The notes beneath the pieces were generated by a model. The model had not been told where the DNA came from and made no database searches. It saw only the letters and a program-made list of their open reading frames with translations. Of a stretch of 64,000 bases of DNA, positions 40,001 through 50,153 are shown one piece after another (position 1 is the stretch's first letter; every line of letters begins with the position of its first letter). The DNA is from Sulfurospirillaceae bacterium (GTDB lineage: Bacteria > Campylobacterota > Campylobacteria > Campylobacterales > Sulfurospirillaceae). The translations under genes were made by a program, and so were the position numbers. The DNA lies in NCBI GenBank assembly GCA_033723415.1, contig JAWVXD010000008.1, positions 32,188 to 96,187 on the forward strand. Reading direction: 5' to 3'.

Positions 40001-42046
40001 TTGATGACTAAACCACTGTTGATAGAAGTTGGTGTTGAAGAATTACCGGCTATTCCTTTTTTAAAAGAATTGCCGAATATTGAAAAAAAGTATTTAGATG
40101 TCTTAGAAGCAAATTCACTAATTTGTGAGTTTGAGTTTTATTATACGCCTAGAAGACTAGTTCTATGGCATAGAGAATTTCCTCTCTCCCAAGCAGATAA
40201 AGAAGAAGAATTTTTTGGAGCTCCTATTGAAATCGCATATAAAGACGGCTCTCCTACAGCTGCTGCCATAGGATTTGCAAATAAATGTAAAACAGATATT
40301 AAAGACTTGCAAACAGCTAAAAAAGGTGGTAAAGAAGTCTTATATTATAAGAAAATAACCAAAGGTGCAGACTCAAAAGAATTTATCGGTAAGATAGTTA
40401 ATGAGTTTTTAAAAAGTTTGAATTTTGGAAAATCGATGAGGTGGGGTTCCTTTGAAGAGAGTTTTATCAGACCTATAAGATGGATAAACTGTATGTTAGG
40501 GGAAGAAGTTGTTGACTTCAAGGCCTATGGATTGGATTCATCAAATATCTCATACCCTCATAGACATATATCGTATGATCCTTTTTCTTGTGCGAATGCT
40601 GGAGAATATTTTGACAAATTAAAAGAAAATGGTGTTGTTCTGTTCGCTGATGAAAGAAAAGCAAAAATTTTAAGCGATTTTATGGATATTGAGCAAACAA
40701 ATGGTGTTAGTATTGAAATAGATTCGGATTTACTTGATGAAGTTGTTGCAATAACAGAATATCCAAAAGCATTGATAGGCAGCTTTGATGAAGAATTTTT
40801 AAGATTGCCTCCAGAGGTTGTCATGACATCTATGAAAGAACACCAAAGATATTTTCCGGTCTTTAAAAACGGTGCACTTACAAATAATTTTATCGTAGTT
40901 TCAAATGCAATTTGTGATGAGTATGATTTGATAGTCTATGGAAATGAAAAAGTTTTAAGAGCGAGACTTAGTGACGCATTGTTCTTTTATGACAATGATC
41001 TAAAAAACGGTTTAGATTTTTCAGGATTGAAAGATATAGTATTTTTAGATGGTTTAGGAACGGTGTTCGATAAAGAAATGAGAGAAAAAAATATAGCTGA
41101 TTATCTATATGCTAAATATGAAGATAAACTTTTAATAGAAAATCCAGATAAAGATAAGCTACTAGAGTTGCTTAACCGCTCAATTTTATTTTCTAAAGCA
41201 GATTTGCTGAGTGAGATGGTTTATGAATTTACAGAACTCCAGGGTTTGATGGGGTATTATTATGCTAAAGCTGCGAATGAAGATGAATTAGTATATTTAT
41301 CTATTAAAGAGCAATATCTTCCAAATAGTGAAGACAGTCTTCTTCCAAGTAAAATATTTAGTTCTATAGTAGCTCTTTCAAGCAAACTTGATTCAGTGTT
41401 GGCACTTTTTAGTATCAATAGAATTCCAACAGGTACGAAAGATCCTTATGCACTAAGAAGAGCGGTAAACGGTATCATGAAAATCGTCTTAAAATATAAT
41501 TTGGAATTTGATATTGCAAAAGATTTAAAAGAATTGGCAAAACACTATAAAAGCTTTGATATTTCTTCTTTAGAGCAATTTTTTATAGAAAGAATTTATC
41601 AGTTCTTTGATGTAAATTCATCTTTAGTAAAAGCTGTTCTAGCCAGCGGTGAGAGAGACATAGTAAAGCTATCACGCAAGATCACGGCGCTTAGCCAGAT
41701 AGTGAAAGCTGATGGCTTTCAGAACAGTTTTTCAACATTTAAAAGAGTTGCAAATATTATTAAAAATTTGACTCTAACTGATATCTTCATAGATGAGACG
41801 CTCCTGTCCCAAAAAGAAGAGATCAATCTTTATAAAAGATTTATGGAGCTAACAAATCAGAACTTTGACTCATATGAAGAGAAACTTGATGCACTGTTCT
41901 CACTAAAACCTGAGATAGACAGCTTTTTTGATAATGTCATGGTAAATATAGATGATATAAAAGTAAAGACAAATAGACAGAATCTAATAGCATTTATATA
42001 TAATGAATTTAAGTCTATAGCTGATATTAAAGAGATAAGTGTTTGA
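40001..42046 (+). CDS. glyS: Glycine--tRNA ligase beta subunit
   Basis: LLIEVGVEELP, TPRRL, MRWG, FIRPIRW, GNEKVLRARLSDA, EFTELQG, DPYALRR. Confidence 0.98.
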   Translation: MMTKPLLIEVGVEELPAIPFLKELPNIEKKYLDVLEANSLICEFEFYYTPRRLVLWHREFPLSQADKEEEFFGAPIEIAYKDGSPTAAAIGFANKCKTDIKDLQTAKKGGKEVLYYKKITKGADSKEFIGKIVNEFLKSLNFGKSMRWGSFEESFIRPIRWINCMLGEEVVDFKAYGLDSSNISYPHRHISYDPFSCANAGEYFDKLKENGVVLFADERKAKILSDFMDIEQTNGVSIEIDSDLLDEVVAITEYPKALIGSFDEEFLRLPPEVVMTSMKEHQRYFPVFKNGALTNNFIVVSNAICDEYDLIVYGNEKVLRARLSDALFFYDNDLKNGLDFSGLKDIVFLDGLGTVFDKEMREKNIADYLYAKYEDKLLIENPDKDKLLELLNRSILFSKADLLSEMVYEFTELQGLMGYYYAKAANEDELVYLSIKEQYLPNSEDSLLPSKIFSSIVALSSKLDSVLALFSINRIPTGTKDPYALRRAVNGIMKIVLKYNLEFDIAKDLKELAKHYKSFDISSLEQFFIERIYQFFDVNSSLVKAVLASGERDIVKLSRKITALSQIVKADGFQNSFSTFKRVANIIKNLTLTDIFIDETLLSQKEEINLYKRFMELTNQNFDSYEEKLDALFSLKPEIDSFFDNVMVNIDDIKVKTNRQNLIAFIYNEFKSIADIKEISV

Positions 42047-43148
42047 TTTTGCAATCATAGGCGGTGGTATCAGTGGTGCAAGCATCGCTTATTTTTTAAA
42101 AAGATCTGGCAAAAAAGTTATTCTTATAGACAAAGGCAAAATTGCAAGCGGCGGCAGTTCTGCCGCAGGCGCATTTTTATCACCTAAAATCTGCTCCAAC
42201 TCGAAATACTCAAGATTTATAAATGAATCTTTTAAATTTTCTATAAACTTTTATAGAGAAAATTTTCCTAATTTTTTAAGACAAGATGGAATGTTGAGGC
42301 TTCTAAAAAATAAAGAAGATATAGAGAAATGTAAACATCACGATCAAGATATAGGTGTAAATTCTATATATATCCATAACTATGACATAAAATATCTAAA
42401 ACCTGCAGCTTGTGAGTTTGGCGGATATTTCTTTGAAGACGGTGCACTAATCGATAGTGTTGGAGTTATAAAGAGCATGTTGAGAGATATTTGTGTACTC
42501 GAAGATACAGACGTACAAGATATTTCATATAAAGAGGGTATATACAACATAGGAGACGTTAAAAGCAAAAGTGTTGTGCTTTGTTCCGGTAGTAGTGACA
42601 ACTTTGAAGAGGTAAAATATTGTATGTTCAAAAAAATATATGGGCATAGATTGGATATCAGAACATACAAGGAATTACCATTCATTGTTCATAAAGATTA
42701 TTCTGTAAGTTCAAGTAAAGATGGATTGATACATATTGGAGCTACACACATCCCAAACTACAAATATGATACGAAAAAAGATTATGCAGATGAGATAAAC
42801 TCAATGTTGCAAGCGGCGGACAGTTATCTTGATCTTGGAGAGTATGAGCTGCTTGATACACATTTTGGTGTTAGGACATCAACTATTGATTTTTTTCCTG
42901 CTATAGGACAGGTTATAAATGCGGAGGAAACTCTAAACAAATACCCATATATTAGAAAAGGTTCCAAAGTTCCAAGTGATAGGTATATTTATTACCCAAA
43001 TCTATATATTCATTCAGGGCACGGCGCAAGAGGATTTGTACTGTCTCCAAGAACAGCAAGTATATTAGCAAACCATATTAGTAAAAATGTACCGATAGAT
43101 GATAATTTAAACACAAAAAGGCTTTTTTTGAAGTATTCAAGAAGGTAA
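42039..43148 (+). CDS. FAD-dependent oxidoreductase (DAO family, resembling the MnmC oxidase domain)
   Basis: IIGGGISGA, ASGGSSAAGA, IGATH, GVRTSTIDFFP, GHGARG. Confidence 0.8.
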   Translation: MFDFAIIGGGISGASIAYFLKRSGKKVILIDKGKIASGGSSAAGAFLSPKICSNSKYSRFINESFKFSINFYRENFPNFLRQDGMLRLLKNKEDIEKCKHHDQDIGVNSIYIHNYDIKYLKPAACEFGGYFFEDGALIDSVGVIKSMLRDICVLEDTDVQDISYKEGIYNIGDVKSKSVVLCSGSSDNFEEVKYCMFKKIYGHRLDIRTYKELPFIVHKDYSVSSSKDGLIHIGATHIPNYKYDTKKDYADEINSMLQAADSYLDLGEYELLDTHFGVRTSTIDFFPAIGQVINAEETLNKYPYIRKGSKVPSDRYIYYPNLYIHSGHGARGFVLSPRTASILANHISKNVPIDDNLNTKRLFLKYSRR

Positions 43149-43208
43149 AATGCTTTATTTCATTGACACAATTAATGTATAATACCAAAAATCAATAGAG
43201 GAATTTTT

Positions 43209-44009
43209 ATGAAATATGTCATGATGTTTTTTTTGTTTTGCTTAAGCCTAAACGCTAGCGTTTATTACTCCAAAGTAGAACCGTTTCAAACATATACTAT
43301 TAAAGCAGCAGCTAGTGGAAAAGTTTTATATGCCGATGAAAATGCTGAGGGAAAAATATCAAAAGGCAAGGTTTTAGTTCAGTTGGATGATGTACTGGCT
43401 AAACAAGAATTAAAAAGTTCATACGAAAAATTAAAATCAATGAAAAGCATGATGGAAATTACAAAAAAAAGTATAGAAAATGCTAAAATAATTGCAAAAA
43501 TAAGAGAAGAAAATTATAATAAGATAAAATTTCTAAAAACAAAGTCGAGAGTTGATAAAGACAACGAATTGATCACAGCCGTCAATGCAAAAGACGTAGT
43601 ATTAAATCTTGAAAACACTCTTGAGAGTTTGAATACTCAAGTAAATGATCAAATATATAAAATAGAGACTTTGAAAGACCAAATACAGAAAAAAAAGATT
43701 ATTGTACAAAAAGATTTTTTGATCTATAAATTATATGTAAGAAATAATGATTATGTCAATGTAGGAACGCAAATTGTTGATGCATACGATGTTTCTAAAG
43801 GAAAATTGACTGTTTTTGTTTCAAAAGATGATTATAATTCGGCAAAAAACGGAGTTATTTATATAAACGATAAAAAAACTTCTTATAAGATAGATAAACT
43901 TTGGAAAGCTAGTGACAGTGAAAATATATCTTCATATAAGGCAGAGATTTTAATAAATGCTCCAAAACTTTTTTCAAAGTTAGTAAAAATTGAATTTAAG
44001 GCGAAATAA
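43209..44009 (+). CDS. Exported HlyD/membrane-fusion-like periplasmic adaptor
   Basis: Signal peptide, lipoyl-like halves (IKAAASGKV...; LYVRNNDYVNVG) around a coiled-coil hairpin. Confidence 0.7.
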   Translation: MKYVMMFFLFCLSLNASVYYSKVEPFQTYTIKAAASGKVLYADENAEGKISKGKVLVQLDDVLAKQELKSSYEKLKSMKSMMEITKKSIENAKIIAKIREENYNKIKFLKTKSRVDKDNELITAVNAKDVVLNLENTLESLNTQVNDQIYKIETLKDQIQKKKIIVQKDFLIYKLYVRNNDYVNVGTQIVDAYDVSKGKLTVFVSKDDYNSAKNGVIYINDKKTSYKIDKLWKASDSENISSYKAEILINAPKLFSKLVKIEFKAK

Positions 44010-45757
44010 TGCAAATCACAACTTGTCCTCTGGATTGCTTTGACAGTTGCAGTATAATAGTAGATGATGAAGGCAATCTAAAAGGCAATAAGAATCATCC
44101 TATAACACAAGGATATCTGTGCCATCATCTAAACAACTATCATAAATTTCCAAGAATCAAAAAAGCGAGTTTTAATGGTACAGAGATAGAATTAGACAAA
44201 GCATTAGATATACTTTCTGAAAAACTTTCTCAAAGTAAAAATGATAAAGTTCTATATTTTAAAGGAAGTGGAAATCTAGGTTCTATGCAAAGTATAACAA
44301 AAAACTTTTTTGCACAATACGGAGCAGTTTTGACAAAAGGCGGTCTTTGTGAAGATGCCGGGACTTACGGTATAGAAGAGGGTAGAGGTTCTAGTTTGGT
44401 TTTATCGCCAAATATTGTGAAGGACAGCGAAATTGTTATAGTTTGGGGTAGAAATTGTTCTGTTACCAACTCTCATATGCTGCCTGCTCTCAAAGGCAAA
44501 ACACTAATAGTTATAGATCCAAGAGTGACAACTCTAGCTAAACAAGCAGATCTTCACATACAGATAAAACCCAGACGTGACATATACCTTGCTTTACTTT
44601 TAGCCAGAGTTGCTTATATGGAGCAGATGGAAGATGTAGATTTTATAGAGAAAAGATGTCAAAATTTTGATAATTATTTAGATTTGATAACAGGAATTCA
44701 GATTAGAGAACTTATAGATAAAGCCGGTGTCAGCCTATCTGATGTCGGAGAGGTTTTATCAATTATAAAAAACAAAAAAGTCTCTATTTTAGTAGGCATA
44801 GGAGTTCAAAAGTATGATATAGGACATAGCGTTTTACGCGCTATCGACTCTTTTGCCGCTATGCTTGGACTTTTTGGAAAAGTTGGTTGTGGAGTAGGAT
44901 ATATAGATGACAGCAGTTATGGATTTAAAAAGCCTTTTAAAGTAGAAGCAAAACATAAAGTTGCTATGCAGGAAGTTGATTTTGGAAAATTTGATGTAAG
45001 TTTTATACAAGGTAGCAATCCGATGACACAGCTTCCTTGTACTCTCAAAGTAAAAGAAGGATTAGAAAAATCAAAATTCGTTGTATATTTTGGTTTATAT
45101 GAAAATGAGACTTCAAAGATGGCAGATCTGGTAATACCGGCAAAAGACTTTTTAGAAAAAGAAGATCTTAAATTATCTTATGGACATGAGTATATAGGAT
45201 ATATGCCTAAGATTTTTGACAATAAGGATTGTATCAGCGAGTATGAAATCTGCAGTTTCTTATTGGATAAATTTGGATATGAAAGTTTACTCAGTGAAAG
45301 AGAATATATAGATGAGATTGTTACTTCTAACTCATTTGAGAAAGATGGTTTTTTTGCTTCCAAGTCTTATGAAAAACTTCCGTATGAAGAAAAATTTCAT
45401 ACAAAGAGCGGGAAGTTTGAATTTTTTGATGATTTTGATGATGATTTTGATGAGCAAGACGGTGAATTCTACCTTCTTGCTGTTAAACAAAACAAATCAC
45501 TCAATTCTCAGTTCGTACATGATGATTTTCTTAAAGTTCCCCCAAGTTTGAGCTTGAAGGATGGAGATATAGTAAAACTAAACAATAAAAAGTACAGCTG
45601 TGAATATGAAGTGAGAGTTGATGAAAGCCTAAGAGATGATTGTTTGGCTTTATATTCAGGTGGAAAATATAGTAACTTCCTAACTCCAAATAAATCCAGC
45701 CAAGAGGGATATGGTGCGATTTATCAAGAAATCAAGGTAAATTTGGAAAAAGCATGA
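44009..45757 (+). CDS. Molybdopterin-dependent oxidoreductase (compact, cytoplasmic)
   Basis: N-terminal CPLDCFDSC...HPITQGYLC 4Fe-4S motif, VWGRN, VIDP, ETSKMADLVIPA, SLNSQF; no Tat signal. Confidence 0.85.
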   Translation: MQITTCPLDCFDSCSIIVDDEGNLKGNKNHPITQGYLCHHLNNYHKFPRIKKASFNGTEIELDKALDILSEKLSQSKNDKVLYFKGSGNLGSMQSITKNFFAQYGAVLTKGGLCEDAGTYGIEEGRGSSLVLSPNIVKDSEIVIVWGRNCSVTNSHMLPALKGKTLIVIDPRVTTLAKQADLHIQIKPRRDIYLALLLARVAYMEQMEDVDFIEKRCQNFDNYLDLITGIQIRELIDKAGVSLSDVGEVLSIIKNKKVSILVGIGVQKYDIGHSVLRAIDSFAAMLGLFGKVGCGVGYIDDSSYGFKKPFKVEAKHKVAMQEVDFGKFDVSFIQGSNPMTQLPCTLKVKEGLEKSKFVVYFGLYENETSKMADLVIPAKDFLEKEDLKLSYGHEYIGYMPKIFDNKDCISEYEICSFLLDKFGYESLLSEREYIDEIVTSNSFEKDGFFASKSYEKLPYEEKFHTKSGKFEFFDDFDDDFDEQDGEFYLLAVKQNKSLNSQFVHDDFLKVPPSLSLKDGDIVKLNNKKYSCEYEVRVDESLRDDCLALYSGGKYSNFLTPNKSSQEGYGAIYQEIKVNLEKA

Positions 45758-46440
45758 TAGAAAACGATACTTTGCTGGAAGATACCCTTCTTTTGGTAGA
45801 GCAAAATTTTTACTTTTTAAATATGGGTGAGTTTTTAGGAAAAATCGCAAAAACTGAAAAATTAAGTGATAGAAGTTTATTTGTTGTAAAAAAATGTAGT
45901 GAAGAAAAAGCATATTATTTTAATGCAGAGATTATTTATGAGCTTCTAGAAAATGCAAGAGAATATCACAATGATGAAATGTCATTGTTTGAATATTTTG
46001 TCGAGTTTAATTCATTCAGAGGCATATGTATGGCTATGGTGGAGTCTCTGAGATTAGAGAGTGATTTTCAAGATTACATCAAAGACAAAATGCAAGACCA
46101 ATATGAAAATTTCTTTGATATTATATCTTTTATCAGAAATGTTCTCTCGCACAATACACACGCAGAGATAAGACTAAACAATAAGGATTATGAAGGCACT
46201 CTAAAGAGAATCAGACGTATGAGACGTAACGAGAAAGTTAAACTAGATTTTAGATACAGTAGAACTCTACCTGAAATATCACCTCCAAATAGTCAATACG
46301 GCGTTGATATATGTATAGATTTTTTATCTCTTAGCAAAGGTGAAGCATTTTTGGATATTGTGACTCTTTGGGATTTGTTCATGATAAGTGAGCTTTGTTT
46401 TAATCTAGTTATCTCTTACAGGACTATATACCATAAATAA
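45754..46440 (+). CDS. Hypothetical protein with HEPN-like RNVLSH motif
   Basis: ATGA overlap with the oxidoreductase; contains FIRNVLSHN. Confidence 0.7.
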   Translation: MIENDTLLEDTLLLVEQNFYFLNMGEFLGKIAKTEKLSDRSLFVVKKCSEEKAYYFNAEIIYELLENAREYHNDEMSLFEYFVEFNSFRGICMAMVESLRLESDFQDYIKDKMQDQYENFFDIISFIRNVLSHNTHAEIRLNNKDYEGTLKRIRRMRRNEKVKLDFRYSRTLPEISPPNSQYGVDICIDFLSLSKGEAFLDIVTLWDLFMISELCFNLVISYRTIYHK

Positions 46441-46446
46441 ATTGAA

Positions 46447-46668
46447 CTAATATAAAGCATATAATTTAATCAATTTGTTAATATCTTTTGAACAACATTT
46501 GCCGGAAGGATTTAATTCTTTGCATTTATCTCCAGTACATGCCTTGGTTTTGGATTGTATCTTAGATAACGTATTACAACCTGATTCAATAGCCGATATA
46601 ACAGTCTTTTCATCAACTTCAATACAATAGCAAATTAGTTTTCTTTCTTCTTTTGACCACTTGATCAC
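46447..46668 (-). CDS. BFD-like/CopZ-type [2Fe-2S]-binding protein
   Basis: LICYC...ACTGDKCKELNPSGKCC; AAGGA SD, GTG start. Confidence 0.8.
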   Translation of the reverse strand: MIKWSKEERKLICYCIEVDEKTVISAIESGCNTLSKIQSKTKACTGDKCKELNPSGKCCSKDINKLIKLYALY

Positions 46669-46699
46669 AATCTTATCCTTGATTAATCTAAAGTATCAA

Positions 46700-47134
46700 T
46701 CATACTATATTCATATTTATAATCTCATTCCATACACTATTAGGTATAAATCCTTTAGGCAAGATCAGTTTACAATGTTTTTCATTGAGGATGGTTTTTT
46801 TGTAATGATATAAAAAAATAGACGCTCTGTAATTTTTTGCACAGTGTACAAAAACTTTTTTATTTTCTTGTTGCAACATAGCTAATGTTCTTATAAAAAA
46901 TTTCAGCTTTTCAATCTCAGGGTTTTCCCAAGATATAGGGATATGAATATAAATCATGTTGTTTTCTGTGACGATTTTATCTTCATTTGCTATTGCATTT
47001 TCACTACTGCATAGTGCTAAATTTATAACTATCTCAAATCCTGCATCATGGATAGTTCTAAATTGCTCTGTTGAAGGCTGTCCGGATGTTGAAATATTTT
47101 CATTGATTTTTATATAGTTTAAGATATTTGTCAC
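46700..47134 (-). CDS. Cys-based phosphatase-like/DUF442 (beta-lactamase hydrolase-associated) domain protein
   Basis: TSGQP, VINL, YIHIP, VHCAKNYRAS (CX4R-type loop). Confidence 0.8.
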   Translation of the reverse strand: MTNILNYIKINENISTSGQPSTEQFRTIHDAGFEIVINLALCSSENAIANEDKIVTENNMIYIHIPISWENPEIEKLKFFIRTLAMLQQENKKVFVHCAKNYRASIFLYHYKKTILNEKHCKLILPKGFIPNSVWNEIINMNIV

Positions 47135-47199
47135 CTATCTTTTCATCCTTTTAATTTTGACATTGCTTTAATCATTACAATAGTATCAGATTTCTTTTA

Positions 47200-48597
47200 T
47201 TATACTCCTATTTTCTCACCTTCTTTGACTATATGTGCTTTTTTACCGAGCTGTTCTTCTATAGCCTTTTGAAAGATTTCCTGCTTTTCTCTTTCACCAT
47301 GAATTAGAAAAATTTTCTCTAGCTTTTTGAAAGCTTTCATCCAAGTTAAAAGTTCGCTTTGATCAGCATGTGCAGAAAAGCCATTTATCGTGTGTACATC
47401 TGCTTTTATACATATCTCTTCACCGTATATTTTGATATTTTTTACTCCATCTACTATCAATCGTCCAAGTGTACCTTCAGCTTGATAGCCCACTATTATA
47501 AGCGCATTTTTTGCATCCCATAAACGATGTTTAAAATGATGCAAAATTCTTCCCCCATTGCACATACCTGAACCTGCTATTATTATGCACCTTGAAGTCT
47601 CACTGTTTATCTTTATAGATTCTTCGGCTCCTAGAGTAAAATTAAGGTAAGGAAAGCCAAATACGGTTCCATCTCTCTTTAGATTATCTTGGCAATGCTG
47701 ACTAAGCTCTTTATAATAGGTTTTATAAAGTTCTGTTGCCCGAATTGCCATTGGTGAATCCAGATATATTTTACATTCTGGAAGTTCTCCATCATCATAC
47801 ATTTGTTTGAGAGTACATAATATCTCTTGTGTCCTATCTATAGCAAAAGAGGGGATAAGAACATTACCTTCTTTTTCCATAGTACTAAGTATGATATTTT
47901 TAAATTCTTCTACGCTCTGTGTTATACCTTTGTGATTTCTGTCACCATATGTAGACTCAATGTACAAAATATCTGCGATCTCCAGAGTCTCTGGATCAGG
48001 CATCACTATATCGCTGTGATTCCCTAGATCACCGCTAAATACTATAGTTTTAGTTATACCATTTTCTTCAATCATGATTTGAATTATGGCAGAATCAAGG
48101 ATATGTCCTGCATTTTTAAATATTACACTGACCCCGTCTTTTAAGTTAAGTACTTCATCATATCTTACGAATGTCATAGGAAGTGTATAAACCGCATCAA
48201 CATCATCTATTGTATAAAGAGGTTCTCTAACTGATTTTTCATCTCCCCTACGTTGGGCCTTCTTATATCTTGTCTGATAATCTATATCCATAAGTTTTGC
48301 ACTATCCAGCAATACTATTTCTGCTAGGTCTATAGTTGAACGTAAGGTTACAATTTCCCCCTTAAAGCCTTCTTTGACAAGTTTTGGTATTCGTCCTACA
48401 TGATCTAAATGCCCGTGTGTAATAAGAAGTATATCTATTTGGGCAGGATCAAACTCAAAAGGTTCAAGATTGCGTTCTTCAGATTTTCCTTGAAACATCC
48501 CGCAATCTATCATGATCTGCATACCTGATTGTAACTTTAAAATATGGCAAGAGCCTGTAACTACCTCTGCCGCTCCATATGATTGTATTATCGACAT
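47200..48597 (-). CDS. MBL-fold beta-CASP ribonuclease-family protein
   Basis: GAAEVVTGSC, DCGMFQG, THGHLDHVG, AGHILD, FSGDLG, ESTYG, GSGMCNGGRI, FSAHADQ, IHGE. Confidence 0.92.
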   Translation of the reverse strand: MSIIQSYGAAEVVTGSCHILKLQSGMQIMIDCGMFQGKSEERNLEPFEFDPAQIDILLITHGHLDHVGRIPKLVKEGFKGEIVTLRSTIDLAEIVLLDSAKLMDIDYQTRYKKAQRRGDEKSVREPLYTIDDVDAVYTLPMTFVRYDEVLNLKDGVSVIFKNAGHILDSAIIQIMIEENGITKTIVFSGDLGNHSDIVMPDPETLEIADILYIESTYGDRNHKGITQSVEEFKNIILSTMEKEGNVLIPSFAIDRTQEILCTLKQMYDDGELPECKIYLDSPMAIRATELYKTYYKELSQHCQDNLKRDGTVFGFPYLNFTLGAEESIKINSETSRCIIIAGSGMCNGGRILHHFKHRLWDAKNALIIVGYQAEGTLGRLIVDGVKNIKIYGEEICIKADVHTINGFSAHADQSELLTWMKAFKKLEKIFLIHGEREKQEIFQKAIEEQLGKKAHIVKEGEKIGV

Positions 48598-48716
48598 GAC
48601 ATCTCCTTTGTTATGATTTTACATCTTTTGACTTGACATTTTGTTTAAGAAAATAGTCAATATAAAAGATGATATAATTTGTTCACGCACAAAAATCAAT
48701 CTGTAAAGAGTGAATT

Positions 48717-49670
48717 ATGAAAAAAAAGTTTTTTATAAAACCGGCAAACAAAAAAAGAAGAAGATGCTCTCTGCCATGGGAGTCCCCAAAATCCTCAGAA
48801 GAAGATCCTAAAGCATCAAAATACATTGAAGCAATTCAAAATAGCAGTAGTTACGCAATAGCAGAAGAGGATAAACAATTTTTGGCATCTGATGAAACTA
48901 GATCAATCAGATTGCAACTTGATTATTTAAAAGCAGAATTAACGCTGCATAGACATAAGATCAGCAAAACAATAGTAGTTTTTGGATCAACAAGAATTAA
49001 AGAGCGTAATAGTGCTCTGAAAGTTTTGGAAGCGGCAAAAAAAGCTTTAAATAAAGAGCCTGAATCCAAGAAATTGATACAAAAAGTTCAAATTGCGGAA
49101 AGACTTTTAGAAAATTCAAAATATTATGATGTAGCACGAGAATTTGGAAGACTTGTCGGAGAAGAATGTAAGAATAACAAAGAAGATAAGATTGCACTTG
49201 CGACAGGTGGAGGTCCAGGTATCATGGAAGCAGCAAATAGAGGCGCATTTGATATGGGTGCTGAAACAATCGGATATAATATTTCTCTACCTCATGAACA
49301 ATTTCCAAATCCATATATAACTCCTGAATTATGTTTCCAATTCCACTATTTTTCGACTCGTAAGATGCATTTTTTGAAAAGGGCATGTGGGCTACTAGTA
49401 TTCCCGGGAGGTTATGGTACTTTAGATGAGTTTTTTGAAGTTCTTATGCTTGTTCAAACCAGAAAAATGTCACCTTTACCTGTTATCTTGATCGGAGAAG
49501 AGTATTGGAGAGGATTGATAGATTTTGATAGATTTGTTATGGAAGGGGTAATTGATCCTGAAGATAGTGAATTATTTTGGTTTGCCGACAGTGCAGAAGA
49601 AGCATGGGAAGGTATGAAAAAATGGCATATTTCAAATAAAACACCACTTTTTAATCATACGAGCAGTTAA
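48717..49670 (+). CDS. LOG/SLOG-family nucleotide phosphoribohydrolase (long form)
   Basis: VVFGSTR, TGGGPGIMEAANRGA, FSTRKMHF, PGGYGTLDE. Confidence 0.9.
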   Translation: MKKKFFIKPANKKRRRCSLPWESPKSSEEDPKASKYIEAIQNSSSYAIAEEDKQFLASDETRSIRLQLDYLKAELTLHRHKISKTIVVFGSTRIKERNSALKVLEAAKKALNKEPESKKLIQKVQIAERLLENSKYYDVAREFGRLVGEECKNNKEDKIALATGGGPGIMEAANRGAFDMGAETIGYNISLPHEQFPNPYITPELCFQFHYFSTRKMHFLKRACGLLVFPGGYGTLDEFFEVLMLVQTRKMSPLPVILIGEEYWRGLIDFDRFVMEGVIDPEDSELFWFADSAEEAWEGMKKWHISNKTPLFNHTSS

Positions 49671-49710
49671 TTGTTTTTAGTTTATATTCTGAAATTTCGG
49701 TAGTATTGAG

Positions 49711-49748
49711 AGAAGATGTCTTGATCCTTTGATCAAGACATCATTCTT
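49711..49748. terminator. Hairpin between convergent LOG and PII genes (probable bidirectional terminator)
   Basis: GATGTCTTGATC-CTTT-GATCAAGACATC perfect 12-bp stem. Confidence 0.7.
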
Positions 49749-49755
49749 ATAAAGT

Positions 49756-50094
<339 letters not shown>

Positions 50095-50124
50095 TTATTT
50101 CTCCTTTTTGATGGGGTTTTTCCC

Positions 50125-50153
50125 AAAAAAATACCTCAGGTGAATGAGGTATT
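50125..50153 (-). terminator. Terminator-like hairpin between amtB and the PII gene
   Basis: Minus strand TACCTCA-TTCACC-TGAGGTA followed by T7. Confidence 0.6.

Noticed and set aside
46700..48597. DUF442 plus MBL as a split Blh persulfide dioxygenase (sulfur detoxification) system
   Set aside because: The MBL protein carries beta-CASP/RNA-specificity motifs and is 465 aa, so it is not ETHE1/PDO type
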